64,000 nt of DNA from Pseudomonadota bacterium (lineage in GTDB: Bacteria; Desulfobacterota; Binatia; Binatales; Binataceae): NCBI GenBank assembly GCA_021325355.1, contig JAJPHI010000014.1, positions 1,129 through 65,128 on the forward strand. The letters are read 5' to 3'. Made by a program: the position numbers and the translations under genes. The notes beneath the pieces were generated by a model. That model was not told the DNA's origin. It searched no databases and worked only from the letters and a program-made list of their open reading frames with translations. This document shows positions 60,562 to 64,000 of this stretch, piece after piece; within the stretch, counting starts at the first letter, position 1; each line of letters opens with the position of its first letter.

Positions 60562-61757
60562 GCGGCGCGCCGGCCACGAACGCGGCGGCGCTGCGCCCGC
60601 GCGTGCTCTTTCTGGTCGAGGGCAATACGGATATTCGCTTCGTGGCGCTGTTGCAGGAGATTTGCGAGCTCACGCTCTGTGTTCCGGCGCGTGAGTTCCA
60701 CGCCAGCGGTCTCGATAACCGCATCCGCGAACTGGCACTTCCGATTCACGTGATCGCGTTCGAGGGCGGCCGCCTGAACTTTCAATGGCGCTCGCTGCGA
60801 TGGCTCTGGCGGAACGCGGGGCGCTTCGACGTGATCCTCGCGCAGGAGGCTTTGCGCGGGGCGCTCAGCGCGAACCTCGCTGGTCGGATGCGTGGCGTGC
60901 CGGTGATCACTTACGTCGGGATCGCGCCGATTCAGTATTACCGCTGTCGGCGCGAACGCGGCGAAATTGGCGCGCTCAAGGCGGCCGCCGGCGAGACCGT
61001 GATCGGCGCACTGTTATGGCTCAACGGCCGACTCGCCGCGCGATGCCTCGCGATGGGACCGTATCTGCGCGAGCTCGCGCGCCATTACTGTGCCGTAACC
61101 GAGGTGGGTCTGTATTATGGCGTCGATACCGAGCGCTTTCGTCCGGCGAGCGCGCCGGAAAGACAGGCTTTGCGCGAGCGGCTCGACCTGCCGCGCGATC
61201 GCTTCCTGGTGGTGCTGTCGAGCCGGATGAGCCACGAGAAGGATCCGGAGACGGTGATCCGCGCCGTCGCGCAGGCGCGCGCGCGGGGTCTCGATGCCGC
61301 GCTGCTCAACCTCGGCGGCGGCTGGCGCGAATTTCTCGCCCTCGCCCGTCGCCTCCGCCCTGCCGATCGCTGCGATTGGGTGATGGGCCGCCCGGCGGTG
61401 CATCCGATGCGCGAGGTTTTCGACTATTTCCGCGCTGCCGACGCGGTCGCGCTCGCCTCGTTGGCCGAAGGCGCAGCCTACTCGACGCTCGAAGCCCTGG
61501 CGTGTGCCACCCCCGTGGTGGCGACCGCGGTCGGCGGGATGGCGGTGCAACTGAACGGCTATGCCCGCCTGGTGCCGCGCCGCGACGCCGTCGCGATGGC
61601 CGACGAACTACTGTGGATCGCGCGGCATCCGCAGGAGGCACGCGGACAGGCCCTGAAGGGTCGCGAATATGTGATACGCGAGTGGGACCGGTCAAGAGCG
61701 GCCGCCGAATTGCAGCGAACCTTGCATGAAGTGGTCGGCCAACGGAGATCGCGATGA
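60558..61757 (+). CDS. GT4-family glycosyltransferase
   Basis: GT-B fold with a 4-nt overlap. Confidence 0.6.
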   Translation: MSGAPATNAAALRPRVLFLVEGNTDIRFVALLQEICELTLCVPAREFHASGLDNRIRELALPIHVIAFEGGRLNFQWRSLRWLWRNAGRFDVILAQEALRGALSANLAGRMRGVPVITYVGIAPIQYYRCRRERGEIGALKAAAGETVIGALLWLNGRLAARCLAMGPYLRELARHYCAVTEVGLYYGVDTERFRPASAPERQALRERLDLPRDRFLVVLSSRMSHEKDPETVIRAVAQARARGLDAALLNLGGGWREFLALARRLRPADRCDWVMGRPAVHPMREVFDYFRAADAVALASLAEGAAYSTLEALACATPVVATAVGGMAVQLNGYARLVPRRDAVAMADELLWIARHPQEARGQALKGREYVIREWDRSRAAAELQRTLHEVVGQRRSR

Positions 61758-62941
61758 GCGCGGCGCCGTCTGTCGCTCGCGCGGGAAAGCCACGGCTGCG
61801 GGTCGCGCTGATCGCCGATTTTCGCGAAGAGAACTGGCCGAGCATGGATCGCGTTGCCACGACGCTTTACGAACGGGTGACGGCGAACCATCGCGACACG
61901 ATCGCCCTGGAGCTGATCCGACCACCGTTCGTCCGGCGCTTCAGTCGTATCAGAGCGCGCGGCACCAAAGCATATCAGGCGGACCGCGTGCTGAATCGAT
62001 TGGTCGATTATCCGCGGGTCTTGCGCCGAGTGCGCGGGCATTTCGATATTTTTCATATCGTCGATCACAGCTATGCGCACCTGGTCCATCATCTGCCCGC
62101 GGCGCGGACCCTCGTGACATGCCACGACCTCGATGCCTTCAGATGCCTCATTGAACCCCGCCGCGAGCCGCGCGGGATCCCCTTTCGCCTGATGACTCGC
62201 TGGAGCCTGAGCGGGCTCCGCCGCGCGCGTCTGATCGTGGCCAACAGCAGGACGACTTTGGCGGAACTGCTGAGGTTCGGAATCGCGCCGCCCGACCGCC
62301 TGAACGTCATTGCGTTCGGCGTTGCCGACGTGTTCAGCCCCGCTCCCGACCACGCCGCGGATGAGGAATGCCTGCGGCTTCTCGGGCCGCGCGACCCGTC
62401 GCGTCTCGCGATGCTGCATGTCGGGTTGCCGATTCCGCGCAAGCGGCTGGATCGTCTGCTGCGCATCGTCGCAGCGGTCGCGCAACGTCGGCCGGTCAGC
62501 CTGATTCGCGTCGGCGGCGCCTTGTCGCCTGAAGATCACGCTCTCGCTGTTCAACTGGGAGTGAATGATCGGGTGGTCGGCCTGCCGCGCATCGAGGATT
62601 CGGTGCTGGCGGCGGTTTACCGCCATGTCGATCTTCTCGTGCTCCCGTCCGACGCCGAAGGCTTCTGCTTTCCGCTGGCGGAGGCGATGGCCTGCGGGCT
62701 TCCGGTCATCGCCAGTGACCTGCCGGTGATGCGGGAAACGGGCGGCGATGCTGTCGAGTACGTGTCGCGGGACGACCTCGGCGCGTGGTGTGAGGCGATC
62801 GTGCGGCTGGCCGAGGAACGGCGCGATGACGGCGCGGCGTGGCGCGATCGTCGGGCGCGCGGAATGGCGCAGGCGCGACGGTTTTCCTGGGAGGCGTGTG
62901 CTGCGGCAACCGTGTCCCAGTATCAGCGGCTCGCGGGGTAG
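61754..62941 (+). CDS. GT4-family glycosyltransferase
   Basis: PLAEAMACGLPVIASD motif with a 4-nt overlap. Confidence 0.7.
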   Translation: MSAAPSVARAGKPRLRVALIADFREENWPSMDRVATTLYERVTANHRDTIALELIRPPFVRRFSRIRARGTKAYQADRVLNRLVDYPRVLRRVRGHFDIFHIVDHSYAHLVHHLPAARTLVTCHDLDAFRCLIEPRREPRGIPFRLMTRWSLSGLRRARLIVANSRTTLAELLRFGIAPPDRLNVIAFGVADVFSPAPDHAADEECLRLLGPRDPSRLAMLHVGLPIPRKRLDRLLRIVAAVAQRRPVSLIRVGGALSPEDHALAVQLGVNDRVVGLPRIEDSVLAAVYRHVDLLVLPSDAEGFCFPLAEAMACGLPVIASDLPVMRETGGDAVEYVSRDDLGAWCEAIVRLAEERRDDGAAWRDRRARGMAQARRFSWEACAAATVSQYQRLAG

Positions 62942-62944
62942 CCG

Positions 62945-64000
62945 ATGCGCGTAGTGCATCTCGGCAAGTTTTACCCAAGCCATCGCGGCGGCATCGAAAG
63001 CCATCTCGAGCTGCTATGCCGCGGGCTTGGCCGAGCGCTCGAGGTCGAAGTGATTGTCGCCAACGGTTCGAACACGACCGTGGTTGAGGATGATCGCGGG
63101 GTTGCGGTGCGCCGCCTTGCCTGTATCGGCAACTTTCGCAGCGCGCCGCTCTGCCCGACGATCGTGCGGGAGATCAGGCGGGTTCGCGCTGACCTCATCC
63201 ATCTGCACATGCCGAATCCGCTCGTCGCCATCGCGTTCCTGCTCAGTCGCAACGCGGCGCCGCTGATTGTCAGTTGGCACAGCGATATCGTGCGCCAGCG
63301 TCTGCTCGGCCGCCTGATCGCGCCGCTCCAGCGTATCGTCGTCGGGTGCGCCGCCGCTCTGATTGCGAGTTCGCCCAATTACCTTGACGGTTCGCCGACG
63401 CTGGCGTCCAATCGTTCGCGGGTTCAGGTAATTCCCTACGGGATTGACCAACGGGAGTTTGCCCGTCCGCATGATTACTCGGCGGTTGCGGCAATTCGCC
63501 GTCGCTATGGTGAGCGGATCGTGCTCGCGGTCGGGCGCCTCGTCTATTACAAAGGTTTCGATTACCTGATTCGTGCGATGCGCGAGGTTGACGGACGGCT
63601 CCTGATTGTCGGCGAGGGCCCGTTGCAGGCGTCCCTGAAGGAGGCCGCAGCCGCCGCCGATGTCAGCGATCGCGTGCACTTCCTCGGCGACCTCGATCGT
63701 CCCGCGCTGATCGATCATTACCACGCCGCGGACATCTTCACGCTGCCGTCGATCGCGCGGAGTGAAGCCTTTGGGATCGTTCAGCTCGAGGCGATGGCGG
63801 CGGGCAAGCCGATAATCAACACGCGGCTCGATTCCGGGGTGCCGTTCGTCTCGCGCGACGGCGAGACCGGTTTGACGGTCGAAGCGCGGTCGGCGCCGGC
63901 ATTGGCGCAGGCTTTGAATCGACTCTTTGCGAATCCCGAACTGCGCGCGCGCTTTGGCGCGGCGGCGGCGCAGCGCGTTGCCCGCGAATTCAATGCAGAG
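62945..64000 (+). CDS. GT4-family glycosyltransferase (3'-partial, runs off the window)
   Basis: My own translation from the ATG at about 62945 gives MRVVHLGKFYPSHRGG...EAFGIVQLEAMAAGKPIINT with no stops to position 64000. This ORF is not in the track because the track lists only minus-strand ORFs here. Confidence 0.7.
   Translation, partial: MRVVHLGKFYPSHRGGIESHLELLCRGLGRALEVEVIVANGSNTTVVEDDRGVAVRRLACIGNFRSAPLCPTIVREIRRVRADLIHLHMPNPLVAIAFLLSRNAAPLIVSWHSDIVRQRLLGRLIAPLQRIVVGCAAALIASSPNYLDGSPTLASNRSRVQVIPYGIDQREFARPHDYSAVAAIRRRYGERIVLAVGRLVYYKGFDYLIRAMREVDGRLLIVGEGPLQASLKEAAAAADVSDRVHFLGDLDRPALIDHYHAADIFTLPSIARSEAFGIVQLEAMAAGKPIINTRLDSGVPFVSRDGETGLTVEARSAPALAQALNRLFANPELRARFGAAAAQRVAREFNAE

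Noticed and set aside
46586-63724. Multiple minus-strand ORFs within the polysaccharide locus (for example 46586..47941, 48300..49190, 52270..53208, 59635..60519, 61559..63004, 63014..63724)
   Set aside because: All are antisense to a continuous series of glycosyltransferase and transporter genes with recognisable motifs. None has a domain signature.

Overview
This is a high-GC (roughly 65-70%) bacterial chromosomal segment with tightly packed, often overlapping genes; the phylum cannot be assigned from sequence alone. I found no rRNA or tRNA genes, CRISPR arrays, transposases or integrases by eye. Most of the long antisense ORFs in the six-frame track are GC artefacts.

Gene content, from 5' to 3':
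- An Rrf2-family regulator, then a putative AmgK/MurU peptidoglycan-recycling pair and an ABC-F ATPase.
- Two SDR oxidoreductases, an alpha/beta hydrolase, a secreted PKD-domain protein, an MFS pump, a HemJ-like membrane protein, and a class V aminotransferase divergent from glcDEF (glycolate oxidase).
- An asd-aroA-nadE operon, a small zinc-ribbon ORF, ilvD, an orphan TolC-family outer membrane protein, an orphan NorD/CbbO-like vWA protein, and a secreted M16 peptidase pair.
- A deazaflavin (F420)-type reductase, then pstSCAB.
- Divergent from pstS: a PlcP/LpxH-like metallophosphoesterase coupled to an MGDG-synthase-type (GT28) glycosyltransferase, which looks like a phosphate-starvation lipid-remodelling module.
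- A DsbA-like oxidoreductase, gor, nagZ and apbC.
- From about 40.9 kb to the window end, a co-directional polysaccharide locus of roughly 20 genes: GT2, Wza, Wzc, a ligase-TPR fusion, many GT4s, a GT9, an FkbM methyltransferase, a Wzy-like protein, and Wzm plus an extended Wzt.

The most notable non-coding signals are a perfect 20-bp palindrome with two extra half-site copies upstream of amgK, palindromes and Pho-box-like repeats in the pstS/plcP divergent region, and a sigma-54-like promoter followed by two hairpins (a candidate sRNA) at about 29.2 kb. Hand-counted motif coordinates may be off by 1-2 nt.
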